Virus record (IMG/VR): IMGVR_UViG_3300005527_003200
Direction: 5' to 3' (one strand)
Source: a virus
Taxonomy: Duplodnaviria > Heunggongvirae > Uroviricota > Caudoviricetes
Length of the DNA: 64,000 bases
The notes under the pieces are model-generated. The model was given only the letters and a program-made list of their open reading frames with translations, ran no database searches and was not told the DNA's origin. The translations under genes were made by a program, and so were the position numbers. Positions 54,983 to 64,000 of the stretch are shown one piece after another. How positions within the stretch are numbered: position 1 is the first letter of the stretch; every line of letters begins with the position of its first letter.

Positions 54983-57900
54983 TTATTTATTGCGTTTGGC
55001 TCGAGCCCGTCCAGCCTTCATGTTGGCCATCCAGTGTGCCAATTGTCCTTTGCGACCGCCTTGTTTGGCCACTTTACGCAGGGTGCTTACTGATGCTTTG
55101 GTGGGCACGCCGTGTCGCTTTGAATCGCCTTTGTCTTGGGGATTCCGACCGTCAGCAAAGTTTTCACCTACGTTGTATGTGGGATCAGTTTTTTGACGCT
55201 TGATGCCAGCAGGTTGATTGGGATCTACAGGATCAATGTCAGTGGTGGTTAACCCTAGTTTTTCCAACTGCTTGATGTATTCATGTTCAAGATCTTCGTC
55301 GCCAAAACTCACAATAGTACTGGGTGGTCCTTTGCCAAAATCGTCAGTGTTATCTCTGTCTAAGTTAGCAATGTTCTTGCCCAACTTGTACCAGTCATAC
55401 ATGTCTGACACATCCACTCGCACAGTGCCCGCTGGCATTGTGGGTCGGCTTTCAGGACCAGGAGGATCAAAGTTTCCGTAGCGATCCTTGCCTTCGGCTA
55501 CACCTTCTGTCATGATTGGCACAACTTCAAAGCCTTCGCCTGACACTCCCCGACCATTGTTTCGCAACCATTGAGCCGCTACACGGTTAGCATCGCCTTG
55601 ATTGTTGCCCACGCCTGAAAATCTATGAACTTCTTCACCATTGACCAACACCTTCCATGCACCAGAGAATGTGCCTGGCGTGGCTCGCTGTTGTGCCAAG
55701 GCTGCTGTGCTTCCAGGGTAGACCACCTCTATATCTGGTTCAATGTCAATGATACCACCCGATGCTGCATCTGCAGGCCGATCCCATTGTTCAGTATCCA
55801 CCACCATGTAGTCAGCAGCAACCACATTGTTTCTAGCAGCCCAGGCTTGGAGAACATATCTGCCTTGTGCCTGTTCCGCTGGATTGCCCATGTTAAATCT
55901 AAACTGATAGTCAGGTGCTGGGCCAGTAAAACTGCCATACAGGCCTGGATCCGAGCGTAGCACAATGGCATAGCGACCGTTGGGGTCATTGGGGCGGCCA
56001 CCACCTTGAGAACCTGGCGGTGCAGTAAAGGCACTAGCTGTGTCGTCGTCTTGTGTAGATTGTGCATCCAAATTATACGGACGCACAGGTTCAGCCACAA
56101 TAGATTGTCGTGTGTTGGCCCAAGACGGATAGCCATCATCCCCCAAGGCTTTTTCAATGGCTTCTTCTCGAGAGGTGGCAACAACTTCTACACTGGCATA
56201 ACTATTGCCAGGATTGGAAACGTTCCACCACATCTTTTCACCGCTTGTTTTATTACGCTCCGTCTTGCGTTGTAGTTGTGCTTGCTTGACAAAACTACGC
56301 AAGGCAGCCTTGGGAATCTTGCCAGCCACATAGTCAGCAAAGTATCGGATTGTGTCTGACCCTTTTTGATCCTGAGTCAACAGTTTGTATAGTTTCTTTT
56401 GATACTCTTCTCGATAGGCTTCAGGGTTAAGTGCTGCACTCATGGCCACTGTGAAACGCAACAGAGTGTTTTCAATCTTGTCAAAGTTGTCATCCAGCCA
56501 GTCACCACCCGGCGAACGGAATTCAATGTGTCCGCTCTTGGTGTTGATTGATGTGTACTTGTCTGTGCTGCCTGAATGGATGGCCTTGGAAGCCAGTTCA
56601 CCCATTTGACCTTTCATCTTGTCCAGCAAACGCTGTGCGTCTTCGGGGTTGGACCGCACACGATCACGCACCTTGCCTAGTGCTGATTTGGTGTAGGTAT
56701 TGGAACTGCGACCAAATTGTTTGAGCACATACTCGTCGCCCAACAGCAAGGCCAGTTTTACATAGTCCAAACGATCTAAACTGTAGTCAGGCACTGATAT
56801 GTTGATGTGCAGGCCAGTCGAACTGTTGGTATAAACGCCCATGCGTCCAGCCCAGGCCTTCACGGCATTTAAATCTTTCAGCAGTTCATCTATGGGCATG
56901 GGCGGGCTCACAAACTCCAAGCCTTCGTCGCCGTCATTGTCGCCTTCCAAACTGGCGTCTGGTTCTACTACATAGAATTGATTGTTGGGTCCAGGTCTGT
57001 CGCCGGACTGATGATATCTTGTGTTCACTCGCACTTCACGACCCACAGCCTGACTGAATTCGTCAGCCACTTGATCTGCGTCAATCTCGCCGCTGTTCAT
57101 GCTAGTCCAGTAGGGCCAATTCATTCCATACATTTGCTCAACCTCACTCATTCTGTCAAGGTCTGTGGCGTCTAACCAGTCGCTTTCGTCATAATTTTCT
57201 TGGAATTCTTCCCGCCATTCATCAAAGGCTTCATTGTAGTAAGTACTCGAAGGATCAGCGTCTACATTGGCTGCAAATTCATCAAATGCTTCGTTTCGTT
57301 CATCACCAGTTAACTCGTTAGGATTCCATTCATCTTCATTTACATTATTCCGAAGCCAGTCACGAATGTAATCTTGGCTTTCACCGCCCCAGTCATCGCG
57401 AAGTTTTTCATCCAGCCATTCCTGGAAATCGTCCTGCATTCTTTCACGCAGGCGTTCAACATCTCTACGGCCGTTGTAGTCGCCATCATGAAAGAATCGC
57501 ACAGCATCATCAATGCTAACACAGCGTTCATCCTGATCATAGTCTGGTTCCATTTCAGGATCTTCGGATTCCATACCAGGCACAATCATTTCAAATTCCA
57601 TGCCAGCAATGGCACCTGTTTTGGCAGCTTCCCTGCGCAAATTTTTGCTGCCCATGTTTATTTCAAACAGGTCTTGTTCTTCAAACAGTTCAAATTCTTG
57701 TGCTAGACTTTCTGCTAACTTTACCTTGCCATCTGCTCGCAACAGTTGTGGATGGCCTTGCGAATCAGTGGCCAGTCGCATCTTGTTGGCTTCTGTGCCA
57801 GTTTGTCCTGGATGCACATCCACACTCAGTGCCATTTCAAATCGAGGATCGTTGCGTTCGGCCCAGGTGGGAATGTATCCAGATGACTCACGAATGTCTT

Positions 57901-59152
57901 CATGGTCAAACAGTTCTGGGTGTGCATCAGCAAAGTCTCGCATGATAATGCCAGCCACAGCGTTTGCTTCGTTCTCCACAGGAGAGCCTGTGTTGCCAGA
58001 TGTGTGATCCAATTGTTCTAATTCCTGTTGGCGGCAGTGTGCCAGTTCGTGTGCCACAGTGCGAAGAATATCCATCACATGTCGATCGCGCAGATTCACA
58101 TGCAAAACATGCAGCTCTGGTTGGTACATGCCAAATGAACGATTTTGTTCACTCCATCCGTCATTGTCATGTAGTACAATTTCAGGCATGCGTTCAATGC
58201 CCAAGCGTTCAGCAGTGTCTTGAATAAACTGTTGCACCATGCTCTCAGTGTCATCTTCATTCAAGAACATTTGTGTGCTGGCAGCAACACCATCTTCTGA
58301 ACTGTAGGGTTGTCCTTGATGGCCTTCGCGCATGCTTTCGCCACCACCACCGTCACCACCTTCGCCTGATTCTCCTCCGTAGCCAAATCCAGGAGACCAA
58401 TAGCTGCCAAATCCATAACGCACTCGGGATTTCTTTTTTCGGCGTTCTTGTAGACTCAGCTCGTGATCTTGTGCGGCTGTTCTAGCTGTGCGCAAATCCT
58501 TGATGCAACCTTTGTTACGCAGGATTTTGAACACAATGTTTTCACACCCAAACTCGCCGTGAGCATCCAAGCCACTTTGGCGCATGGCCTTGATCTTGTC
58601 CCACAGTCTGCTCATGGATTCAGCGTTGCCAGATTCAATTGCTGAATGTATTCTAGCATCCAAATCTTCGACCTTGGCTCGCACACAGGTGTCGTCAATT
58701 CTGGCACGTTTTCTGCGTGGCACTTGAATCCATTCGTCACGTGGGATAGAATACTCACCTTGACTCACAGGAGACTCGGCTGCATTTTGCACATACAGTT
58801 CCACAGGCACGCCGCCGATGCTCAACTTGTGTTCATCGTTATATTGGTATTTTTTGGCATTGAACAGTTCCTGATAAACTTCGTCGTCAGCAGGAAACTC
58901 CACCACAAGGTGTAGATCAATGTCGGAATATGGGGTATAGCTGTAGGCAGCATTACTGCCTGAGATGGTTATGTCACGGACGTCAAGGTCACCTACGCCA
59001 AGAAATTCGCGAAAATTGTCAGCAATGGCCAACAGCTTTTCGCGTACTTCGGGTAACAATTGCTCGTCCCTGCCCCAGATTTTAGGGTTGAGACGATTGT
59101 GAAACTTTACAGCATCACTCAGCTTGAAGGAATCCAGTTCGTTGATGTTCAT
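54983..59152 (-). CDS. Giant multidomain protein (1389 aa): minimal nucleotidyltransferase (GS...D.D) plus HExxH...E zinc-metallopeptidase; candidate injected polyvalent protein
   Basis: It has ITISGSNAAYSYTPYSDIDLHL (the Pol-beta-type NTase signature) and VAHELAHCRQ followed by ENE (gluzincin-like). A Gly-rich linker and a basic C-terminus are present. Confidence 0.6.
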   Translation of the reverse strand: MNINELDSFKLSDAVKFHNRLNPKIWGRDEQLLPEVREKLLAIADNFREFLGVGDLDVRDITISGSNAAYSYTPYSDIDLHLVVEFPADDEVYQELFNAKKYQYNDEHKLSIGGVPVELYVQNAAESPVSQGEYSIPRDEWIQVPRRKRARIDDTCVRAKVEDLDARIHSAIESGNAESMSRLWDKIKAMRQSGLDAHGEFGCENIVFKILRNKGCIKDLRTARTAAQDHELSLQERRKKKSRVRYGFGSYWSPGFGYGGESGEGGDGGGGESMREGHQGQPYSSEDGVAASTQMFLNEDDTESMVQQFIQDTAERLGIERMPEIVLHDNDGWSEQNRSFGMYQPELHVLHVNLRDRHVMDILRTVAHELAHCRQQELEQLDHTSGNTGSPVENEANAVAGIIMRDFADAHPELFDHEDIRESSGYIPTWAERNDPRFEMALSVDVHPGQTGTEANKMRLATDSQGHPQLLRADGKVKLAESLAQEFELFEEQDLFEINMGSKNLRREAAKTGAIAGMEFEMIVPGMESEDPEMEPDYDQDERCVSIDDAVRFFHDGDYNGRRDVERLRERMQDDFQEWLDEKLRDDWGGESQDYIRDWLRNNVNEDEWNPNELTGDERNEAFDEFAANVDADPSSTYYNEAFDEWREEFQENYDESDWLDATDLDRMSEVEQMYGMNWPYWTSMNSGEIDADQVADEFSQAVGREVRVNTRYHQSGDRPGPNNQFYVVEPDASLEGDNDGDEGLEFVSPPMPIDELLKDLNAVKAWAGRMGVYTNSSTGLHINISVPDYSLDRLDYVKLALLLGDEYVLKQFGRSSNTYTKSALGKVRDRVRSNPEDAQRLLDKMKGQMGELASKAIHSGSTDKYTSINTKSGHIEFRSPGGDWLDDNFDKIENTLLRFTVAMSAALNPEAYREEYQKKLYKLLTQDQKGSDTIRYFADYVAGKIPKAALRSFVKQAQLQRKTERNKTSGEKMWWNVSNPGNSYASVEVVATSREEAIEKALGDDGYPSWANTRQSIVAEPVRPYNLDAQSTQDDDTASAFTAPPGSQGGGRPNDPNGRYAIVLRSDPGLYGSFTGPAPDYQFRFNMGNPAEQAQGRYVLQAWAARNNVVAADYMVVDTEQWDRPADAASGGIIDIEPDIEVVYPGSTAALAQQRATPGTFSGAWKVLVNGEEVHRFSGVGNNQGDANRVAAQWLRNNGRGVSGEGFEVVPIMTEGVAEGKDRYGNFDPPGPESRPTMPAGTVRVDVSDMYDWYKLGKNIANLDRDNTDDFGKGPPSTIVSFGDEDLEHEYIKQLEKLGLTTTDIDPVDPNQPAGIKRQKTDPTYNVGENFADGRNPQDKGDSKRHGVPTKASVSTLRKVAKQGGRKGQLAHWMANMKAGRARAKRNK

Positions 59153-59169
59153 ACGAACTGTATTTACCG

Positions 59170-60030
59170 TTACTTGGCTGTAGCTGGTTCTTCCACGGGC
59201 ACAACATCCACAGGGGTGCTGGATGCCATGATTTCAGGCTCAGTTATATCAACTGGTTGCTTGGCTGCATCATGTGCATTGGCAATCTTAGGAGCAGCAA
59301 TAGCATGCAAGTCTTGGTACAACTTGTCCTGTGTTTGCGCATCAAACACATAGGTGCCCACGTGTTTCAACAACACACGTTTGTCGATATACACTTTGCC
59401 GCCTAGATCACGCCAGTTTTCGCAGAATGTCCAGTCTTCTGAATAGTAGCGGTTTTCACGCACAGCAGTGTCAAAGTAGGTTTTCATGTACTTGTCCAGC
59501 GCAGGATCTAGACCAATGTCATTGTTGAAATGACGCACAGCAGGGTGTGCATTCAGTTTGTCAAACACATCTTTCTTGATCAACAAGAATCCTGTGCCAG
59601 TCTTGGTAACTTCTACCAAGTTGTCCACGCCTTCTTCTTGACCTGGAATGCCATTCACACACCATTTAACTGGCAGTGATTTCATGGGATACAATCCACC
59701 AATCACATCCACTTGGCGATTTAGCAACACCAACAAATGCCAGGGTTCCCAGCCAATGTCCGCGTCAATAAACATCAAGTGTGTTGAACCTTCTGTATTC
59801 AAAAACTTTGCAGTCAGAGTGTTTCTAGCACGACTAATCAAACTTTCATTAGTCATGGTTTCTACAGTCCAATCAATGCCTAGTTGTCGGCAGGTATTGC
59901 CCCATTTGATAAAACTCATGAATGTTGCTTCTGTCAGCTGGCCCCCATAACAGGGCATACAGATGTGAACACGAGTGGTTTTTAGATATTCAAGGTCGAC
60001 TTGAATTTGAACTTGTTGTGGCTCTGCCAT
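59170..60030 (-). CDS. GT-A-fold glycosyltransferase-like protein
   Basis: It has an N-terminal Rossmann-like ICMPCYGG and a FIDAD acidic motif. Confidence 0.45.
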   Translation of the reverse strand: MAEPQQVQIQVDLEYLKTTRVHICMPCYGGQLTEATFMSFIKWGNTCRQLGIDWTVETMTNESLISRARNTLTAKFLNTEGSTHLMFIDADIGWEPWHLLVLLNRQVDVIGGLYPMKSLPVKWCVNGIPGQEEGVDNLVEVTKTGTGFLLIKKDVFDKLNAHPAVRHFNNDIGLDPALDKYMKTYFDTAVRENRYYSEDWTFCENWRDLGGKVYIDKRVLLKHVGTYVFDAQTQDKLYQDLHAIAAPKIANAHDAAKQPVDITEPEIMASSTPVDVVPVEEPATAK

Positions 60031-60086
60031 TTAGATCTCCGTAAAAAAGTGTAGTATTTACGGATTATACAGCCAAGGCAAAATTT

Positions 60087-60803
60087 TTACGACCTAGACT
60101 CTTCCATGTAGTCAATAACGGGCTGATTTTCTCTAGCTTGATAGCCTGCCTTCATGCCACCCACACTCAGTTGATTCTCGCTGGTAAATGTCGCGGCCCA
60201 GCCTTGATTCTCAGCCACAGTACCAATGGCAGTGTCCAACAGTTTGACAACATTAGCAGCCAATTTGGGATTCTTTTGTGTTGCTGGATACAAGCTCATC
60301 ACAAGAGCTGTTTTGCGTTTTTCGTTTAGTGTGGGCCATGCGCCACGAATCTCTGTGGCCGACGTCATGCCTGGACCAAACTCCACTGTGGGTAGGTAGG
60401 CCATGTAGGCATGTTTTGCAAATGGCTCTAATCGCTTTGCACCTATCAGTGGTTGCAAGTATGCAGGATTGCCATCTTTCTTTATGCCGCCTGCTTGTGG
60501 AGGTTTGTTGGCGTCTTTATCAGAACGCACAAAAATTAATGTGTCTGTAGCAGGGTTAAATTGCGCAGTAATTTCTTCAGCACGAAACGGTGATTTGACC
60601 TGCACAAAATGTCCAGCATCTACTCCAGCCAGCTTGGCCAACTTTTCTTTTACTGCAAATGGAAATGGTCTAGCTGAGGTATCGTTTGTGGCCGCAACAA
60701 AAACTTCAGCATCAGGGAATGCCCGTTGTGCGGATTGATAAAGTGCTAGGTGCCCTGCATGGAAAGGATGAAATCCCCCGGGCATGATTACTACAGTGCT
60801 CAT
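60087..60803 (-). CDS. HxGH-motif nucleotidyltransferase (cytidylyltransferase-like; NMNAT/NadM-type is possible)
   Basis: It has an N-terminal IMPGGFHPFHAGH motif. Confidence 0.6.
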   Translation of the reverse strand: MSTVVIMPGGFHPFHAGHLALYQSAQRAFPDAEVFVAATNDTSARPFPFAVKEKLAKLAGVDAGHFVQVKSPFRAEEITAQFNPATDTLIFVRSDKDANKPPQAGGIKKDGNPAYLQPLIGAKRLEPFAKHAYMAYLPTVEFGPGMTSATEIRGAWPTLNEKRKTALVMSLYPATQKNPKLAANVVKLLDTAIGTVAENQGWAATFTSENQLSVGGMKAGYQARENQPVIDYMEESRS

Positions 60804-60819
60804 ACACTGTATTTAGTGC

Positions 60820-61260
60820 TTACATGTGTTCCAGCAACCACAGATAAAATGGTGTGGTAAATTCAAGTGTTATTGAGCCGTTACAGCCCATGGCTCCATA
60901 GAACTTGTCTTTTATGGGATCTTGTGTGCCATTGAAATCGTGTGCATAATCTGCTGTTTCATTCAACAACTGAGTGATATCAACTCCGTCAATTGACACA
61001 GTATCAATGGTCAACATGGCATCAGCAGTGATATTGCCCTGATCATCAACTTGTGTGTGTTCTGTAGTTTTGCCTGACATCACCAGTTGTAGTTTTTGTT
61101 CAGTGTCATCTGTATCTGGAATGTCAAATGTTACCTGACAGTTATCAGTCACATGATCTAACTTAAAAACACTTTGGCCATTTAGTAAAGCTTCAAAACT
61201 CAGTGGTGCAGCGGACGAGGTGGTGCCTAACGTACACTGAAATTTAACAACTTCTGACAT
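60820..61260 (-). CDS. Hypothetical protein (146 aa)
   Basis: It is operon-consistent. Confidence 0.5.
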   Translation of the reverse strand: MSEVVKFQCTLGTTSSAAPLSFEALLNGQSVFKLDHVTDNCQVTFDIPDTDDTEQKLQLVMSGKTTEHTQVDDQGNITADAMLTIDTVSIDGVDITQLLNETADYAHDFNGTQDPIKDKFYGAMGCNGSITLEFTTPFYLWLLEHM

Positions 61261-61268
61261 GGATTTCC

Positions 61269-61631
61269 TTAGTAAGTGGCGGTGACAGAATTTATAGTGC
61301 CACCAGAAAAGTTTTCAATTCTGCAACGCAGCCACACAAAATTACCAGTTATTGTTGCAGGATGGTAATCAGTTATTGGTATAGTAGACCCATCATCAAA
61401 AATAAATGTGTTAAACCAAGTGGCTGATTCTGGTAGTGTATCCAGCGTGGCGTCAAGATAAATGGTACCTTCAAAATTTTCAACACTAAAAGTCACAGTT
61501 TGCAAGCCGCCACGGCCGCGATAATAACTGGCTGCTGGCACAGCGTCTGATGCCCAGTCTTGACTTGACCCGTCGTAGTTGCCCGAAGGTTCTCCGTAAA
61601 CTGTGGTGCCAAGAATGATTTCAGTGGTCAT
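61269..61631 (-). CDS. Hypothetical protein (120 aa)
   Basis: It is operon-consistent. Confidence 0.5.
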   Translation of the reverse strand: MTTEIILGTTVYGEPSGNYDGSSQDWASDAVPAASYYRGRGGLQTVTFSVENFEGTIYLDATLDTLPESATWFNTFIFDDGSTIPITDYHPATITGNFVWLRCRIENFSGGTINSVTATY

Positions 61632-61633
61632 TA

Positions 61634-61795
61634 TGCGCGATCAGCTTCCACAACAACACCGCTGCCGGCTAGTTCTTCTGCAACTGATTGCAGGGCTGCC
61701 ACAATGTCATCAGTGGCAATTGCTTCTGCTGTTGCATCGTCTTTGACCAATTTTGATAGTTTGATCACAACTATTTCTTCATGTATTTTTGCCAT
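61634..61795 (-). CDS. Small acidic hypothetical protein (about 53 aa; MAKIHEEIVVIKLSKL...)
   Basis: This unlisted ORF fills a 170-nt gap. Its stop overlaps the downstream start (TAATG). Confidence 0.4.
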
Positions 61796-61805
61796 AGTGT
61801 GTTAT

Positions 61806-62501
61806 TTATTGTTTTTTCACTATGGGCAGAGTTTTCCTAACCATGCCCGGGCATACCATACTCAGCATGGTTTCATATTGTAGGCTATTGTGCTCGATGT
61901 AGTAATAGCTTTCAGTAACATCATTGCGCCACCAATACACCCGTGTTGGCCTAATTTCAATATCTAAAAATTCTCGCAAACTCTTGCTGGCTGCAACGTC
62001 ATTGCCCTGGGTGGTTATCCATGCAGCCAGTCGAGACTTTTGTGTTTTGCCAAGTGATCGCCCACGGAAATAAGTGCGGTATTGATACTGTGGATTTTTT
62101 AATAAAATTGTATCAGGTGGCAAATTGAGTTCTGCTCGTTTGAGATCTACAGACTCAATCCAATCGCATGCCATCAATCGACCATGCAAGCCAAGATTGT
62201 TTGTGTACACTGTGAGATAATTGTTGAAAAACACCATTTTCTTTGGGGGAGTTTCTGCTGCCAACAGTGCTCGCATGCCTTCTAAATTGTCACAACAGCG
62301 TGTGGTAAATTTGCTTATAAATTTTTCGCCATAGCGTTGGTAATGAGAATTTCTACTAGCTTCGTACTCCATTCTCACGCGAATGTGTGACTGCATTTTC
62401 TTTTGATCAAGACTGCGAATACACCCAATTTCGTCCTGCTGCCAGGTCATGGCATATTCATATGCGTTGTAGTACAACGAACTACGCGATTCACTTCTCA
62501 T
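61806..62501 (-). CDS. Hypothetical protein (231 aa)
   Basis: It overlaps the ClpA-like gene by 11 nt. Confidence 0.5.
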   Translation of the reverse strand: MRSESRSSLYYNAYEYAMTWQQDEIGCIRSLDQKKMQSHIRVRMEYEASRNSHYQRYGEKFISKFTTRCCDNLEGMRALLAAETPPKKMVFFNNYLTVYTNNLGLHGRLMACDWIESVDLKRAELNLPPDTILLKNPQYQYRTYFRGRSLGKTQKSRLAAWITTQGNDVAASKSLREFLDIEIRPTRVYWWRNDVTESYYYIEHNSLQYETMLSMVCPGMVRKTLPIVKKQ

Positions 62502-64000
62502 TGTCCACCACTATAATTCCATCAACATTTACACTTGCAATCACTTCCACAGGTGCGTCCGCTTGAACATCAAACACAATTTTGTCCGCCACAACATCCG
62601 CAGTGATAGTACAATCACGCAAGCGATCAAACAGGATCTTCTTGCTCAACGGCACACGAATCAGTTCATCAATCTTCCTCGAGAGTGGTCGCGCACCCAG
62701 CTTCGAATCATAGCCCTTGTCAGCAAGCAGGTCAACTGCGCCTTCGGATAAGTTGAGACGTATACCTTTTGCAAGCAAACTCGTTTTGAGTTCATCCACA
62801 AACTTGACCACAACTTTCTTGATTGCCAAAGTATCCAGCTTGGAGAATTTAACAATTTGGTCGATTCTGTTGCGTAGTTCAGGCTTGAAAAACTCTTTGA
62901 GAGCTCGGTCGTCCTCACCAGTCTTTTCAAAGCTGCCAAAGCCAATGTTGTTTGCTTCACTGTCCCGTGCTCCTAAGTTTGAAGTCATGATAATGATGGT
63001 ATTCTTGCAGTTGGCTTTCTTGCCGTTCGAACTGGTAATAACACCTTCATCCAGCATCTGCAACAAGATGTTGGTAACATCAGGGTGCGCCTTTTCAATC
63101 TCATCAAACAATATTACTGCGAAGGGATTCTTGCTGATGTCAGAGATCAGTTTGCCGCCACCTACATTGCCATCTTCAAATCCCACATAACCCGGAGGCG
63201 CACCAATAAGGCTGCTGACTGAATGACGCTCTTGGAATTCACTCATGTCATATTTCAGCAGTTTCATATCCAAATTGTCACTCAACAGTCGTGCTAGTTC
63301 TGTTTTACCTGTGCCTGTTGGGCCCAAGAACAAGAAACTCGCCATGGGCTTTTTGTCATTGGCAATGCCAGCAAAGTTGATGTACACACGTTCCAGCACT
63401 GAATCAACTGCTGAATCTTGTCCGTACAATTTCTGCTTGATGTTGCCTTCAAGATCCACAATCTTAGCTGAACGTTCGTTTTGCAGTTTGTCTGTGGGCA
63501 CACCAGTCACACGAGTCAACTGTTCTTCAATCATGGCCTTGGTAACTACTACTGTGCCCAGATCTTTCACACGCTCTCTAGCACAGGCTGCATCAATCAA
63601 GTCAATTGATTTGTCAGGATTCTTACGATCGTGTATGTAACGATTGGCCAGTTCCACAGCCGCAGTCATTGCTTCAGTTTCAATCAGCACATTATGAAAC
63701 GTTTCGAGCCGGGGAGATAGACCAATAAGAATCTGCTCCGTGGTTGCAGTATCTGGTTCATCAATTGACAAGCGGTAGAATCTGCGCATGAGTGCGCGAT
63801 CTTTCTCAAATGATTCATAGTATTCTTCCCAGGTGGTCGACGCCACAACTTTCAAGTTGCCTTTGGTAATAGCAGGTTTCAGCATGTTAGCAAAGTCAAG
63901 TGAACTGTTAGAGCCTGAACCTGCGCCACGCATGGTGTGTGCTTCGTCAATGAACAAGATACATTTCTTCTTGGTTTCAAGAGCAGCTATTACTGCTTTG
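62491..64000 (-). CDS. ClpA/ClpB-like AAA+ chaperone ATPase (partial; the N-terminus lies beyond the window edge)
   Basis: It has the D1 Walker B/sensor region (ILFIDEAH) and a D2 Walker A motif (GPTGTGKT). Translation continues without a stop codon to position 64000. Confidence 0.8.
   Translation of the reverse strand, partial: KAVIAALETKKKCILFIDEAHTMRGAGSGSNSSLDFANMLKPAITKGNLKVVASTTWEEYYESFEKDRALMRRFYRLSIDEPDTATTEQILIGLSPRLETFHNVLIETEAMTAAVELANRYIHDRKNPDKSIDLIDAACARERVKDLGTVVVTKAMIEEQLTRVTGVPTDKLQNERSAKIVDLEGNIKQKLYGQDSAVDSVLERVYINFAGIANDKKPMASFLFLGPTGTGKTELARLLSDNLDMKLLKYDMSEFQERHSVSSLIGAPPGYVGFEDGNVGGGKLISDISKNPFAVILFDEIEKAHPDVTNILLQMLDEGVITSSNGKKANCKNTIIIMTSNLGARDSEANNIGFGSFEKTGEDDRALKEFFKPELRNRIDQIVKFSKLDTLAIKKVVVKFVDELKTSLLAKGIRLNLSEGAVDLLADKGYDSKLGARPLSRKIDELIRVPLSKKILFDRLRDCTITADVVADKIVFDVQADAPVEVIASVNVDGIIVVDNEK

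Noticed and set aside
1-64000. Integrase, attachment sites or prophage boundaries
   Set aside because: No recombinase, repressor or flanking host genes were seen. The gene content and the uniform promoter family look like a lytic phage segment.

Overview
The window reads as about 64 kb of a large virulent dsDNA phage, with roughly 85% of genes on the minus strand. Phage hallmarks are a T4-type family-B DNA polymerase (exo motif FDIEV, YGDTDS), a T4 RNase H/FEN-type nuclease, MazG, a small GIY-YIG protein, three tRNAs (Leu-TAA, Arg-TCT, Met-CAT) and many small hypothetical genes. At least nine consensus-quality sigma-70 promoters (-35 TTGACA/TTGACC, 17-bp spacer, -10 TATAAT/TATACT) can be read directly on the minus strand. 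Host-like cargo genes include a betaproteobacterial-type porin with its own promoter and terminators, a membrane lipid desaturase, an SPFH lipoprotein, Dps, a HIT hydrolase, and a ClpA-like AAA+ ATPase that runs off the right edge. The most notable content is a dispersed 7-deazaguanine DNA-modification set: FolE, QueD, QueE, a YhhQ-type preQ0/preQ1 transporter and a TGT-family DpdA (DSGGFQ and FDCAxP motifs). No QueC is present in the window. This set is interleaved with an unusually large sugar-tailoring island. The island holds four GT10-like paralogues, GT-B and GT-A glycosyltransferases, GalE, a cytidylyltransferase, a DegT-like protein, a PIG-L deacetylase, a sulfotransferase, FkbM-type and other methyltransferases, B12- and SPASM-type radical SAM enzymes, and five SGNH-like paralogues. 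An AsnB-type glutamine amidotransferase and an agmatine-deiminase-fold enzyme lie near the set and could tailor the deazaguanine base; this is inference. A 1389-aa protein combining a minimal nucleotidyltransferase signature with an HExxH...E metallopeptidase motif looks like an injected polyvalent protein. All calls were made by eye from motifs and no searches were run. Coordinates of hand-derived features may be off by 1-2 nt, and the ORF track uses alternative start codons so some listed starts are over-extended.
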